Assembly (NCBI GenBank): GCA_008690995.1
Contig: VRMN01000002.1
Location: forward strand, 744,001 to 808,000
Length of the DNA: 64,000 nucleotides
Direction: 5' to 3'
Source: Porphyridium purpureum
Lineage: Eukaryota
The position numbers were made by a program, and so were the translations under genes. Positions 45,149 to 54,743 of the stretch are shown here, in pieces (position 1 is the stretch's first letter; each line of letters begins with the position of its first letter). The notes under the pieces were generated by a model. It made no database searches. It was given only the letters and a program-made list of their open reading frames with translations, and had not been told where the DNA came from.

Positions 45149-45787
45149 ATGTCGTTCTTCCGCGCGAAGAACAAGTCCAAGGACCCGGTGGTCGCAAAGA
45201 CTCCGGAAGAGGAGCCCGCGCCGAAAAGCGGCCTGCTGAGGAATCTGTCGAGAAAGAAGACCGGCGATGTAAAATCGTCCGACTCGTTGATCAAGCGCTC
45301 GTCATCGGCAAAGTCCGGCAGCGGGCCGTCGCGCGGCCTGAGTAGGTCCGGCAGCAAGAACTTGGAGCGCACGCTCACGCCGGACCGCGTGGAGAAGACA
45401 AATTCAGAGTGGAAAAAGACGCTCAAGCCGCAAGAGTACAACGTGCTGCGAAAGAAAATAATGGAAAAGCCCTACGAAGGTGACTTTGTGTACTACCAAG
45501 TGCCCAAAAACATGGAGGCCATTTTCTTCTGCAAAGGGTGTGACACGCCTGTATTCACGGGCCGCGCATTGCGCACAACGGCCGAGGGCTGGGCCACGTT
45601 TGAAAGGAGCATTCCCGGGACGGTGGAGCAGAGTCTGGAAGACTTTAAAAACGGCTCGCGCCTGGAGCTATTATGTAAGGGATGCGACGGATTTTTAGGA
45701 ATCGTGAATCAGTTTCTAGAAGTTAACTCAGCCGTGCTGCAAGTGCGGGAGCTCAGCAAAGAAGAATACAAGTTGATTTTGGGCTAA
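45149..45787 (+). CDS. MsrB/SelR-like protein lacking the catalytic motifs
   Basis: KTNSEWKKTLKPQEYNVLR...EKPY, two CKGC Zn motifs, GWATF, VNS; no RYC(I/V)N. Confidence 0.8.
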   Translation: MSFFRAKNKSKDPVVAKTPEEEPAPKSGLLRNLSRKKTGDVKSSDSLIKRSSSAKSGSGPSRGLSRSGSKNLERTLTPDRVEKTNSEWKKTLKPQEYNVLRKKIMEKPYEGDFVYYQVPKNMEAIFFCKGCDTPVFTGRALRTTAEGWATFERSIPGTVEQSLEDFKNGSRLELLCKGCDGFLGIVNQFLEVNSAVLQVRELSKEEYKLILG

Positions 45788-46090
45788 TCGGGCGAGCGCG
45801 GTGACTGGCGCTCTGATTTCCTCGTGGCCTATGTGAACGTCAGCGTTGAAGTCGAAATCACATATGAAGAGACGGACGCAAAAGTTGCTGACCCTTTTGC
45901 CGTGTGGGGATCGACGTTTGCGTTGATTTCGAGTACGTCTCATGTCTTCAACTGCGCTGCAATGCGTTTGGTGAGCAGCGCTTAAAGATATTTGTAGAAA
46001 GACTTTATAAAGAAACGAGCTCAGCTACCACTATATTCTTTATCGCACGCCCCGTCCGTGACGGTCCGTGACAATCCGCAGCCCCATATC

Positions 46091-47875
46091 TCACCGTGCC
46101 GTTGCAGCCCCCAGGCGCTCTTCGAGTTCGTACTTTTCGACACTTAGCGCCTCAATGGCGCCCATGTATTCGTCCAGCCACTGCGTCTTTTCGCGCTCCA
46201 TCGCCTCGCGCTCGAGTTCTGCCTGCCGTACTCGCTCATGCATGACATCAAGCTCGGCCGTGGTGGCTTGAAGTCGCTTGTTCAGCTCGGCGTTGCGCTG
46301 CGAGGCAGCGGCGCGGTCGAGGGTGATACTCTCAATCTCGGACCTGAGCGTATCCGTTTCCGTTTTCCACTTGGTCCGCTCGGATTCCGAGTACTCGCGC
46401 ATGACATCCAGCTGCTGCCTCTGCGTGCGCAAATCCGCCTCGAGCTCCGACTTCCGCACAGTCAACTTGCGAATCTCTGTGCCCAACTCTTCTTCGCGAC
46501 GTGACAGACCATCAACCGTTTGGAGCAACTGCTCCACCCGCCCTTCAGCAAGGCTGCGCTGCTGCACCGCCGCCTTGAGCTGATCATCAGTTTCTCGATT
46601 CCGCACGAGCATGTGGCTCCGTTCCCGTTCTGCTACCGTCGCGCGCTCCATCTCCTCATTCATTCGCTTATATAGCGTGTCGCGTTCGCTCTTCAGTGCC
46701 GCAATGGCGGATTGTCCGTCCTTCAATTTGAGCTCTAAGACCTGACTGTTCCTCTCTTGAGCTTCGGTGTATCGCGCCAGTTCAGCCTGCACCTCTGCCA
46801 GCTGTCTCGACGTCTTCTCGTAAGAAAGCGTCAACGAGTCGCACATATTCTTTTGCAGTTCCAGCTGTTCCTCTAAAGATGCCTTTGCAGACTCGAGGTT
46901 TGAAATTGCACGCTGCTGTTCGTTTCTCGTTTCTTCTATCGACGCGAGCTTCTTCTCCAAAGCCTTATTGGCGATGACCACCTCCTGGATGCGCTTGATG
47001 TGCACGCTGGCCATCTCGGATCGAGCGCGGCTGGAGCCGGATGCTGCAGCCGAACTGTAGCTTGACGAGGAAGCGGCGCTGCTGTAGTGGGATGAGTACA
47101 ACGATCGACGTCGTTCGTCGTCAAGCGAGCCCTTGAGCGAGTTCACCTGTTCCTGAAGGGCCGCTTTTTCGTTCCGAAATAATCCAAGCTCAGACTGCAA
47201 CATTTTGTTTTCGTTTTCGAGCTCATTGAGACGACGCAGCGCTTGCGAATGTGAGATGCTGGGTGTGGAAGTACCCGAATACCCATTCCAAGGGTGATCC
47301 TGGGCATGTGCGCCCAACACGCCTGTCCCAGCCAGCAGATCGCGCTCTCTGCTGCTCCCCGTGCTCCACGCGCTCAACGAGCTGATGCTAGGCGATGGCG
47401 AAGGCCCGTGGCTTGATGAACCAAGCGCGAGCGTTTCTTTCAGCCGGGCCAGAAGGTCTATGAGCGTATTCATGGCCGGAGATGTGTCGTTCAAAGCGCC
47501 CGCATGCGCTTCGGCGTTCAGGACCACGCTCGAGATGTGTGCAAGCGTAGCCCTCATGTTCTTCGCGATATCTGTGAGCGTTTTGCAGTCGCGCTCGAGC
47601 GTCTTTTTCGTGAAGACGAGCTTGCCCGTGTTTCGCTTGAGCATGTTAATTTCCGCGACCAGCTCTGCGTTTCTGCGCTCCAGGTCGTGCACGTCCACAC
47701 CCGCGCCCGCCAGCGAGCGCGGGCTGAGGCACGGCGACGACATGGCCGGTGATGGCATCACGGACGATACGGCAGGCGTGGACTGCGCGGACGAAAAGCG
47801 CGTCTTTGTCGCGAGCTTCCGCTCTATTTCATCGATGAAGCTGGAAAGCTCCTTGATGGCATCCTTTCCACTCAT
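46091..47875 (-). CDS. Long coiled-coil protein of unknown function
   Basis: 594-aa ORF with extended heptad E/K/R/L/Q segments and Ser-rich spacers. Confidence 0.8.
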   Translation of the reverse strand: MSGKDAIKELSSFIDEIERKLATKTRFSSAQSTPAVSSVMPSPAMSSPCLSPRSLAGAGVDVHDLERRNAELVAEINMLKRNTGKLVFTKKTLERDCKTLTDIAKNMRATLAHISSVVLNAEAHAGALNDTSPAMNTLIDLLARLKETLALGSSSHGPSPSPSISSLSAWSTGSSRERDLLAGTGVLGAHAQDHPWNGYSGTSTPSISHSQALRRLNELENENKMLQSELGLFRNEKAALQEQVNSLKGSLDDERRRSLYSSHYSSAASSSSYSSAAASGSSRARSEMASVHIKRIQEVVIANKALEKKLASIEETRNEQQRAISNLESAKASLEEQLELQKNMCDSLTLSYEKTSRQLAEVQAELARYTEAQERNSQVLELKLKDGQSAIAALKSERDTLYKRMNEEMERATVAERERSHMLVRNRETDDQLKAAVQQRSLAEGRVEQLLQTVDGLSRREEELGTEIRKLTVRKSELEADLRTQRQQLDVMREYSESERTKWKTETDTLRSEIESITLDRAAASQRNAELNKRLQATTAELDVMHERVRQAELEREAMEREKTQWLDEYMGAIEALSVEKYELEERLGAATAR

Positions 47876-48036
47876 CCTGTCACTTTAGGCTCTCCCGCTA
47901 CCCCTTTCCGTGTCGACCACAATCCTATCTCACGTGTTGACTCTCTGTCTCTCTGTCTCTCTGTCTCTTCTATACCTTCCTCCCAACCATCGATCCCGCT
48001 TTGGCTCCAAAAACCCGGCTCTTCAATTTGATACGG

Positions 48037-48216
48037 GTACAGCTGCGTACAGCTGCGTACAGCTGCGTACACTAGAGTACACTGGAGTACACCGGAGTAC
48101 ACCGGAGTACACCGGAGTACACCGGAGTACACTGGAGTACACTAGAGTACACTGGAGTACACCGGAGTACACCGGAGTACACCGGAGTACACCGGAGTAC
48201 AGACAAGTACAGCTGC
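48037..48216. repeat. 10-bp-period minisatellite with invariant GTACA core (18 copies)
   Basis: GTAC starts at 48037, 48047 ... 48207; spacers agctgc, actaga, actgga, accgga, agacaa. Lies between divergent genes. Confidence 0.95.
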
Positions 48217-48360
48217 GTGTTTCTGGCGACTGTACTTTCCCCGTCTTGATCCTTTATGGTGTCGGGCAGTGGCGGTGGAGCTCAGACGTGTCGGAGCGTG
48301 AGGATGCGCGACCGAGGCTGCGACATTTGGGTGTGTGTGACCACGTCGACAGCATTCGAG

Positions 48361-49467
48361 ATGGCGTCATCTGCGTCGCAGCAGTCGCTCTTTCGGACAG
48401 ACGCTGTGGTGAGACGCTTTGCGCGCTCAGTGCGACGGCGGAAAGATGTCAGGCAGGTGCTGCTCATCTTCCTCGTGTTCGCGGTCGGCGTTTTGATCGG
48501 GTTGGTCGTGTTTCTGGAGGCGGTGGTCGCCGCCGACAAGCCGCAGCCATCGCCAGGCGCTAGTGGCGCTGCAACGAGTTCCGACGACGCGGCAAATCAG
48601 AGCGCGCCGATGCGTGCAAGTGGGTACAGTGAGGGCGATGTGGATGAAGCTCACGGCACAAAGCGCAAGTGGACGCTGGCCGAAAAAGTGGACGCCAAGT
48701 CGGGCAGGTCGTCGTTCTTAGAAAATAGCGCAGTGAAGGACGACCTCGAGCGCATGCGGTCCGCAGATGGTGATGAGCACGTGCAGCAGGATGTTCGCGT
48801 GAATGAGCTCCTGTTCACAGACGCAGAGACCAGCAAAATTATTTCGTACTTGGAAGCGGCTCAGACACGCCGCTACCTAGAGTGGGGCTCGGGAAAGAGC
48901 TCGGTGGCGTTTGGCGTGCGCCGCTCTCGCTCAGGCGTTTCTATTGAGCACGACGGACTGCAGTGCAGGAGAACAGAGTCTCTTTTACTGGAAGCCTTGC
49001 TGGTCGATGAAGAGTCGACAACAAAATCAGCTTTGGAAAACGGCGGGTTTGACTTCACCATACAACACTCGCGCTTGCTGTGTGTTGTTGACGACCAAGA
49101 TACCAACAGATGGAAGCATTCTGTCTCAGAAGGAAACTATGCCCAGTATCGAGCGTACGTCAACGCAGTTGATCTGGTGAAGTCCAAATTTGATACTGTG
49201 TTGATTCATGGAAAGGCGCGGCTGGCGTGCGCTCTGAAGGTGCTGCCGTGGTTGGCACCCAAATCTGTTGTCATTATTGCTGACTACATGAATCGACTCG
49301 ACTTGTATGGTCGGGTCACAGAGTACCTCGAAATGATTGACGGGGCTGGACGCGTGGGTATTTTCCGAAAACGAGCCAACGTGACTGACGAAATGCTTCC
49401 CCTAGCTGAAGACGTGCTGCTGAGCGTATATGAGGGCCTTCCGGACCGGCCCGGAGCCATCTTATAG
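48361..49467 (+). CDS. Type II membrane class I SAM-dependent methyltransferase-like protein
   Basis: N-terminal TM helix, stem, YLEWGSGKSS, SIEHD, FDTVLIHGKARLAC, IIADY. Start could be 48256, 48304 or 48361. Confidence 0.75.
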   Translation: MASSASQQSLFRTDAVVRRFARSVRRRKDVRQVLLIFLVFAVGVLIGLVVFLEAVVAADKPQPSPGASGAATSSDDAANQSAPMRASGYSEGDVDEAHGTKRKWTLAEKVDAKSGRSSFLENSAVKDDLERMRSADGDEHVQQDVRVNELLFTDAETSKIISYLEAAQTRRYLEWGSGKSSVAFGVRRSRSGVSIEHDGLQCRRTESLLLEALLVDEESTTKSALENGGFDFTIQHSRLLCVVDDQDTNRWKHSVSEGNYAQYRAYVNAVDLVKSKFDTVLIHGKARLACALKVLPWLAPKSVVIIADYMNRLDLYGRVTEYLEMIDGAGRVGIFRKRANVTDEMLPLAEDVLLSVYEGLPDRPGAIL

Positions 49468-49541
49468 GACCATTGTACAGCATGTTGAACCACGTTCAAC
49501 ACTAACATTCAGATCTTCTGCAACGCCCTGAGCACGTATGC

Positions 49542-50408
49542 TCATCGAACTGTTCCCGCCTTGCCAGAGGAAACATCCTTTTCGGGTCGTCCCTGCGCCT
49601 CCAGAACAACCTGGCGAGTCGCGTTGGCGATATGCTTAAACCTTACTGGGCCCAACGGGGTCCCACCATACCACCGTGAGACCACCACCAGCGCATTTTC
49701 ACATCCGAGCATTTCTAATACGTGCAAAATGTGCTTCCCGGCGGCCTTTTCGCCGTCGTCGTCACAGTCTGCGACAAGCGCGTTCTGCGTCTCGGCACTA
49801 CGGATTCGATATGCGAGCATATTGTGTGTTGCGTTCGCAACTTTCGAATTCTGTAACAAAGTCGAGACAACCTCTTCCACGTGCTCTTTGCTATAAACCG
49901 CTGCGTAATGCGCTTGGAAAACACTTTTTCGGTCCGTAATGATTTCACCGTGCAGAAGATCGCCGAGGACTGCGGCTGATGACAATACCTTTGGCACACC
50001 GTCCGTTTCTTCTTGTGCAAGCTGAGGAACGGTGGTGTCGAAACCTTCATGTTCTGGTTGGTTGGAAGCCGTGTGCTGCGTCGTTCTTTCCGTGACGAAA
50101 GTGACGCAAGAAAAGAGCACTGGGAAGCCGACCTCATTCTGAATGTGGGCAATGAGATCAGCTAGCAGTACGCGCTGCTCGTTTGAGTTCAAAAAGTTCG
50201 CATATACCTCGAGTTCGGGAAGCTTCGCTGGGTAGTTTTGTGATACATCAGCACGAAGCAAACACTGTCCCCGGCCTGCCACTTCGATTCGAACAGAAAT
50301 CTGAGTAATGCGCCCACCTTCAAGCTTGCGAGACACAGTATCCTCACCGTAAATAGCGAGAAGTGCTTCATACTCATTCTGCACTTGCTCATCGCAGAGG
50401 CCGTCCAT
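49542..50408 (-). CDS. IMPACT: IMPACT/YIH1 family protein (RWD + UPF0029)
   Basis: EYEALLAIYG, YP..LP, DRKSVFQAH, ATHNMLAYR, DDDGEKAAG, VVSRWYGG..LGPVRF. Confidence 0.93.
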   Translation of the reverse strand: MDGLCDEQVQNEYEALLAIYGEDTVSRKLEGGRITQISVRIEVAGRGQCLLRADVSQNYPAKLPELEVYANFLNSNEQRVLLADLIAHIQNEVGFPVLFSCVTFVTERTTQHTASNQPEHEGFDTTVPQLAQEETDGVPKVLSSAAVLGDLLHGEIITDRKSVFQAHYAAVYSKEHVEEVVSTLLQNSKVANATHNMLAYRIRSAETQNALVADCDDDGEKAAGKHILHVLEMLGCENALVVVSRWYGGTPLGPVRFKHIANATRQVVLEAQGRPEKDVSSGKAGTVR

Positions 50409-50452
50409 GTTGAGCGCGAGAGCCGGGACGTCAACGTGGAACTTTCACACCA

Positions 50453-50854
50453 CTATCCCAGGTGCTTCGCAGCGAGCGCCTGCACGCGCTCGTCAAACAC
50501 TTTCGACTTGACCGGTAAGCCGCGATCGTACAGCGGGTTGAGCGTGACCTTGACAAAGAGCTCGTACAATTCCAAGAAAAACCACAACACGCCGTCCTCG
50601 TGACGAGAACTGTGCAGGAGGAGGAAGCGGTAGTTGCCCGCAGTCACGAACGCCGAGATCAGCTGGTCGTTGAATCGATCCACCGCCTTGAGAAATCGGT
50701 TGCGCGTCGTCCACATTACCTCATCCACCATGTCCAGCGCCGAGCCGAGCACCAACTGTGCCACGACGAGCTGCTTGCCGTGCAGTGTCGTCGATCCGAA
50801 AGTGGTCTGGTAAACAACCTGGTCCCGCTCAGTCACCACCGCCAACAGGGACAT
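50453..50854 (-). CDS. TRAPPC2: TRAPP complex subunit 2 (sedlin/Trs20)
   Basis: ALDMVDE..W, FLKAVDRFNDQLISAFVTAGN.RFLLLH, YELFVKVTLNPLY, FDERVQALAAKHL. Start at ATG 50854. Confidence 0.9.
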   Translation of the reverse strand: MSLLAVVTERDQVVYQTTFGSTTLHGKQLVVAQLVLGSALDMVDEVMWTTRNRFLKAVDRFNDQLISAFVTAGNYRFLLLHSSRHEDGVLWFFLELYELFVKVTLNPLYDRGLPVKSKVFDERVQALAAKHLG

Positions 50855-51154
50855 GCTGAACGCACCCCTCTTGACTCTTTGGAATGGGGAGATACAAACC
50901 ACACAGCGACCACGCAGCCTTTCCGCCCGGATGATGATTTCGCGCACAAACTTTGTACGCTTGCTCGTCAAAAGGCGGTGTCTTGCCTCCGTGGTCACAA
51001 AATCAAAGTCATGTTTACTGTTTGGGAACACCTAATTGTGGTGTTTGTGGAGGAGAGGCACGAGCTTGCCCCGCTCGCTCTTTGTACATGTGCAAGTCGC
51101 TTCATAGGCCGTCTTCTGCTGTCCAGGGCGCGCGTCGAATGGTGACTAGGGCTG

Positions 51155-51706
51155 TCAGATTTGTCCACCTGTCAAGTGCACGTGGCTGGTCACAAATGCG
51201 GTCACAAACACGCAGGCGAGGATGACTGCGGTCCACACGCGCGCGTCGTCTGCGCTCGCTTCGAGCACCTGCCGCGCGTCCATGCTCCTGAGCTGGCGCA
51301 GCGCCTTGCGCGCCTCGACGAGCGCGGGCGGGAGCGGGCGGATGCCTCTTCCCGCCTGGCTGCGCATTCCTGACCGTACAAAGTCGACCCACTCACTGTT
51401 CCAGTCCACCACACACCCTTTCGGCCAGTTCTTTGCCTGCTCCGAGCTCCAGAACCGCGACGACAGCGGCTGCTGGCGGAAGTTGCCCGCCGCCGACGCG
51501 TCATCGTCGGGCTGCTGCGCGCTATCTCCCCAGCTCGCTCCGTCCGACGACGACGCACTGGCCATGCGCAACGCCACACGCGACCCCGACGCCACGCGCA
51601 GAGCCCCAGCAGCCGTCACCGCCGCCGCGGCGTCTGCCGCGCCGCGGTTTCGCGCGCTCGCGCTCTCGCACGCCGGACGCCCCACAAACCCAGACACAAA
51701 TGCCAT
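51155..51706 (-). CDS. Hypothetical plastid membrane protein
   Basis: MAFVSGF transit peptide, DWNSEW motif, C-terminal TM helix. Confidence 0.7.
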   Translation of the reverse strand: MAFVSGFVGRPACESASARNRGAADAAAAVTAAGALRVASGSRVALRMASASSSDGASWGDSAQQPDDDASAAGNFRQQPLSSRFWSSEQAKNWPKGCVVDWNSEWVDFVRSGMRSQAGRGIRPLPPALVEARKALRQLRSMDARQVLEASADDARVWTAVILACVFVTAFVTSHVHLTGGQI

Positions 51707-52676
51707 CACGCTCTGTCGTTCTCTGGCCACCAACCCCAGCTCCCACAGACCCACACACTCGACGTGTCCCGTCGACCAGACCACTGCCTCACCTCCCGTA
51801 TCCTCACCTCTGCTGAGCTCCCTGCCTTCCTCAGCCCGGCCCGAGTGCACCCCCAAAATAATACCCCGCCCCGACTCCACACACACTTGGTGTCACGCCT
51901 TCTCTCGTTCACACTCCGGACTTCCCCGAGTCGTCGAGTTCTCGCGCTTCCCGTTTCTACCTAAACAACCCCAATTTCCCATAAATCACAAGAAAGCTGT
52001 TCACCCAAAAAAATCTCCTTCACCAAAAAAAACAAAACACAAAACACGTGTCTCCCAAGTGCGCTCCCGCAACTTGTATGTGTCCCCCACATCCGCTCTC
52101 GCCCTCTGCTTCTCTCCCTCCCGCTCCCTCTCGACAACAACAAAATCACAAGTTCGAGCGTCTATCGCGCTCCTTCCTCTGTTCATACCAAAAAACCCAG
52201 AGAAAGCGGTGAACAGGCCAGAGTGACGAACACGCACTCGGCCATCAGCGTTGGACGGTCAACCCTGAACATAACTGAGCGGAATGGTTAGTTCGAGGGT
52301 TTGTGAAGGCGCGAAGATGGAGTGTACGTTAGGTACAGCTGGGCAGTCGTGGACGGCACGCGCGCACTGTACTCTCGCCACAATCTCGGCTGGACGCCGG
52401 CGAGTGCGTGCACGAGTTTGCTGGGGGGGGAGGGTTTGAGTCTTCGGGAAAATGGTACCGTGAGGCTGCTTTGGTATGAAACGGAGGGGCGAAGGGGGGA
52501 TTAGATAGGTTCAGCGTGGTTTTCGGATATGGAGGTGGATGGATGAATGGAATGAGGAAGAGCGGAGAGGCATAATTACTAGGGAGAGGGCGGGCGGGGT
52601 TGGTTAGTTGGACAGGGGTGTTTGCGGGGGAGGGGAGGAGGCGGAGAAGGTGTGGGAAGCAAGGAATTCGGGCGCG

Positions 52677-53357
52677 ATGGCGGCATTTGTAGGTGCGTCC
52701 GGCTCGGCGTTCTTTGCCGCGCAGAGAACAGCGTCGGTGAACGTGGCGGTATGCGGGAAGGCGGGCGTGCGTCGCGCGGTCGCGCCGAGCATGAAGGTGT
52801 TTGATTGGAAGAAGCGCGGCGCAGAGGCGTACTCGGGGCGTGCGGAGATGGGCGAGATGTCCGTCACCACCGTGATTCCGGCGCCGGGCTCGCGAAAGCG
52901 CAAGACGCGAAAGGGCCGCGGTGTCGCTGCCGGCCAGGGCCGCTCGTGCGGGTTTGGTATGCGCGGCCAAAAGTCGCGCTCCGGTAACCCGACGCGCCCG
53001 GGCTTTGAAGGAGGCCAGACCCCGCTGTACCGCCGCCTGCCCAAGTATGTGGGACGGCCAATGGGTCCTGGCCACACAAAGACCATGTACAATCTCGTCA
53101 AACTCGATATTCTGAACAAGTGCGCAGAGGGCGAAGTCGTGACCTTTGACGCGCTCGTCGAGTCGGGCAAGATGACCAAGGGCAAGTTCAAGCTCGCCAA
53201 GATTATGGGAGGCGCAGAGCTCACGGTTAAGAATCTGACGGTCAAGGCACACGCATTCACCTCCTCCGCAGTCGAGGCCATTGAGGCCGCCGGCGGCAAG
53301 TGCGTGCTCCTCTCACCGACCACGGGTGAAGATATCAACATGGAAGAGCTGGAATAG
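52677..53357 (+). CDS. rpl15: Plastid 50S ribosomal protein L15
   Basis: MAAFVG transit peptide; RKGRGVAAGQGRSCGFGMRGQKSRSG...GFEGGQTPLYRRLPK. Confidence 0.96.
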   Translation: MAAFVGASGSAFFAAQRTASVNVAVCGKAGVRRAVAPSMKVFDWKKRGAEAYSGRAEMGEMSVTTVIPAPGSRKRKTRKGRGVAAGQGRSCGFGMRGQKSRSGNPTRPGFEGGQTPLYRRLPKYVGRPMGPGHTKTMYNLVKLDILNKCAEGEVVTFDALVESGKMTKGKFKLAKIMGGAELTVKNLTVKAHAFTSSAVEAIEAAGGKCVLLSPTTGEDINMEELE

Positions 53358-53507
53358 GAGGCACGAGTAGACACATTGACGCCCAACAAAGAGAGAGAAG
53401 AAAAAAAAAAAAAAAAAGAGAGAGAGAGAGATTCGTAAACTGACGCTTCATAAATATATGTGTCACCCAGACTATGTTCGTGAAACGTTTCGCTTTATCG
53501 TTGCTGC

Positions 53508-54407
53508 CTAGACCATCGCGAGCACAAGATCATCAATATCGTCCCCACGGTAGCCCATTTTGCCACCCTTTGTGAAGGCCTTGTAATCTGTTGGTCGCAG
53601 TCGCCGATGGTCGCGCGAGGTGGATGGCAGCGAGAGGCGAAAAGGCAGCAGAAACCCGCGGCACACATCAAAGTCACTGCCGCCGGATGCAATTTCCTGT
53701 ACGATATCCTCTATGCACACCAGACCTTCCTCGCCGAGTGCGTCTTCCACCATGACGTTGTTCGACAATGACGTGCGGATATATTTGTCACCTGCCGCCT
53801 TTCGATTCGCATACACCACCTGCGCTCCGGGATCTGCGTCTACTGCACCCGTACGCACAAACGCGCGCTTCTGAATTAGCGAGCGTATGGTCTGCACCGT
53901 GGGCCGACCGTACGTGACATAATTCTGCACGCGCCTCAGAAGGGCGAGATTTTGTTGTGTGCGCTTAACGAAGACTGCGGTCTGATTCTGGCCGAGACCC
54001 AGCATTTTCAGAATTCGGGTCTGACGTGAAGGAATGCTATCCTGGCGGTTTCCTCCCAGCCTCACGACCAGAAATACATTGGCTCTGACTTGCGTGTCTT
54101 GCATCGCATCTTCTTCCTGCAGCGCCGGCGGAGCGCTGGCAATCATGCGCAGAGGTACATCTTCCGCCACCTTTTCCAGCGTTTTCGATATCTTGGCATT
54201 TCTTACGCGTACGCGCGACGCCAGCGTAAAGCTCTGTGGCGACCTGAACCTTTTCGATTTCCCGGCGGTCTGTTCGCGACTCGATTTACGTGAGCGCAAG
54301 TTTGCCGCAGCGCGCTGTGCTTGCAGCTTCTCATTCACTTTACGCCGCTTCAGCACTGTTTCCGCTACGCGCGGCGCGGTGCTCAGGTCAATGCCTCCTC
54401 CTTCCAT
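53508..54407 (-). CDS. uL30/RPL7-family protein (divergent; RLP7/RPL7L1-like biogenesis factor)
   Basis: ETVLKRRK, LVVRL, ILKMLGL, YVTYGRP, LIQKRAF, VEDALG..GLVCIEDIVQEI, FLLPFRL, GYRGDDIDDLVLAM. Confidence 0.85.
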   Translation of the reverse strand: MEGGGIDLSTAPRVAETVLKRRKVNEKLQAQRAAANLRSRKSSREQTAGKSKRFRSPQSFTLASRVRVRNAKISKTLEKVAEDVPLRMIASAPPALQEEDAMQDTQVRANVFLVVRLGGNRQDSIPSRQTRILKMLGLGQNQTAVFVKRTQQNLALLRRVQNYVTYGRPTVQTIRSLIQKRAFVRTGAVDADPGAQVVYANRKAAGDKYIRTSLSNNVMVEDALGEEGLVCIEDIVQEIASGGSDFDVCRGFLLPFRLSLPSTSRDHRRLRPTDYKAFTKGGKMGYRGDDIDDLVLAMV

Positions 54408-54743
54408 TCTGCTTTTCCCTTTCTCCTTCTCACTCGCTTGCTCCCTGAATGTCTCGCCGCGGTGCCTCGTCCACCTCTCGGTCTGTTCCTTCGGCCGTAC
54501 CGCAATGCGACCGGACGAAGACGCGCACTGTACTCCTTAGTGTACTTTTGTGTGAAAAATCTGTTTAAATATTATTTTATTTAATTCTTCATTTAACTAT
54601 TAATTTAACGATGAATGCGTCAGGTGCGGTGCAGCTCGCGTTGGGTCCGGGTGTTTGTGTAGCTCGGCAATGTTGACTAGCTTTCGCGAGCACGCTCTGA
54701 TCTTCCTGTGTGAACAAAAAGGCACGGTGCTGTTTTGTTTCCG

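Noticed and set aside
48037..48216. Possible CRISPR array or coding repeat (track ORFs 47872-48132 and 47910-48563)
   Set aside because: Period is only 10 nt, spacers recur and no cas genes are present; the ORFs are low-complexity translations of the repeat.
53393..53430. Poly(A) run after rpl15 as a retroposition scar
   Set aside because: Embedded in a GA microsatellite between convergent genes, with no target-site duplication evident.
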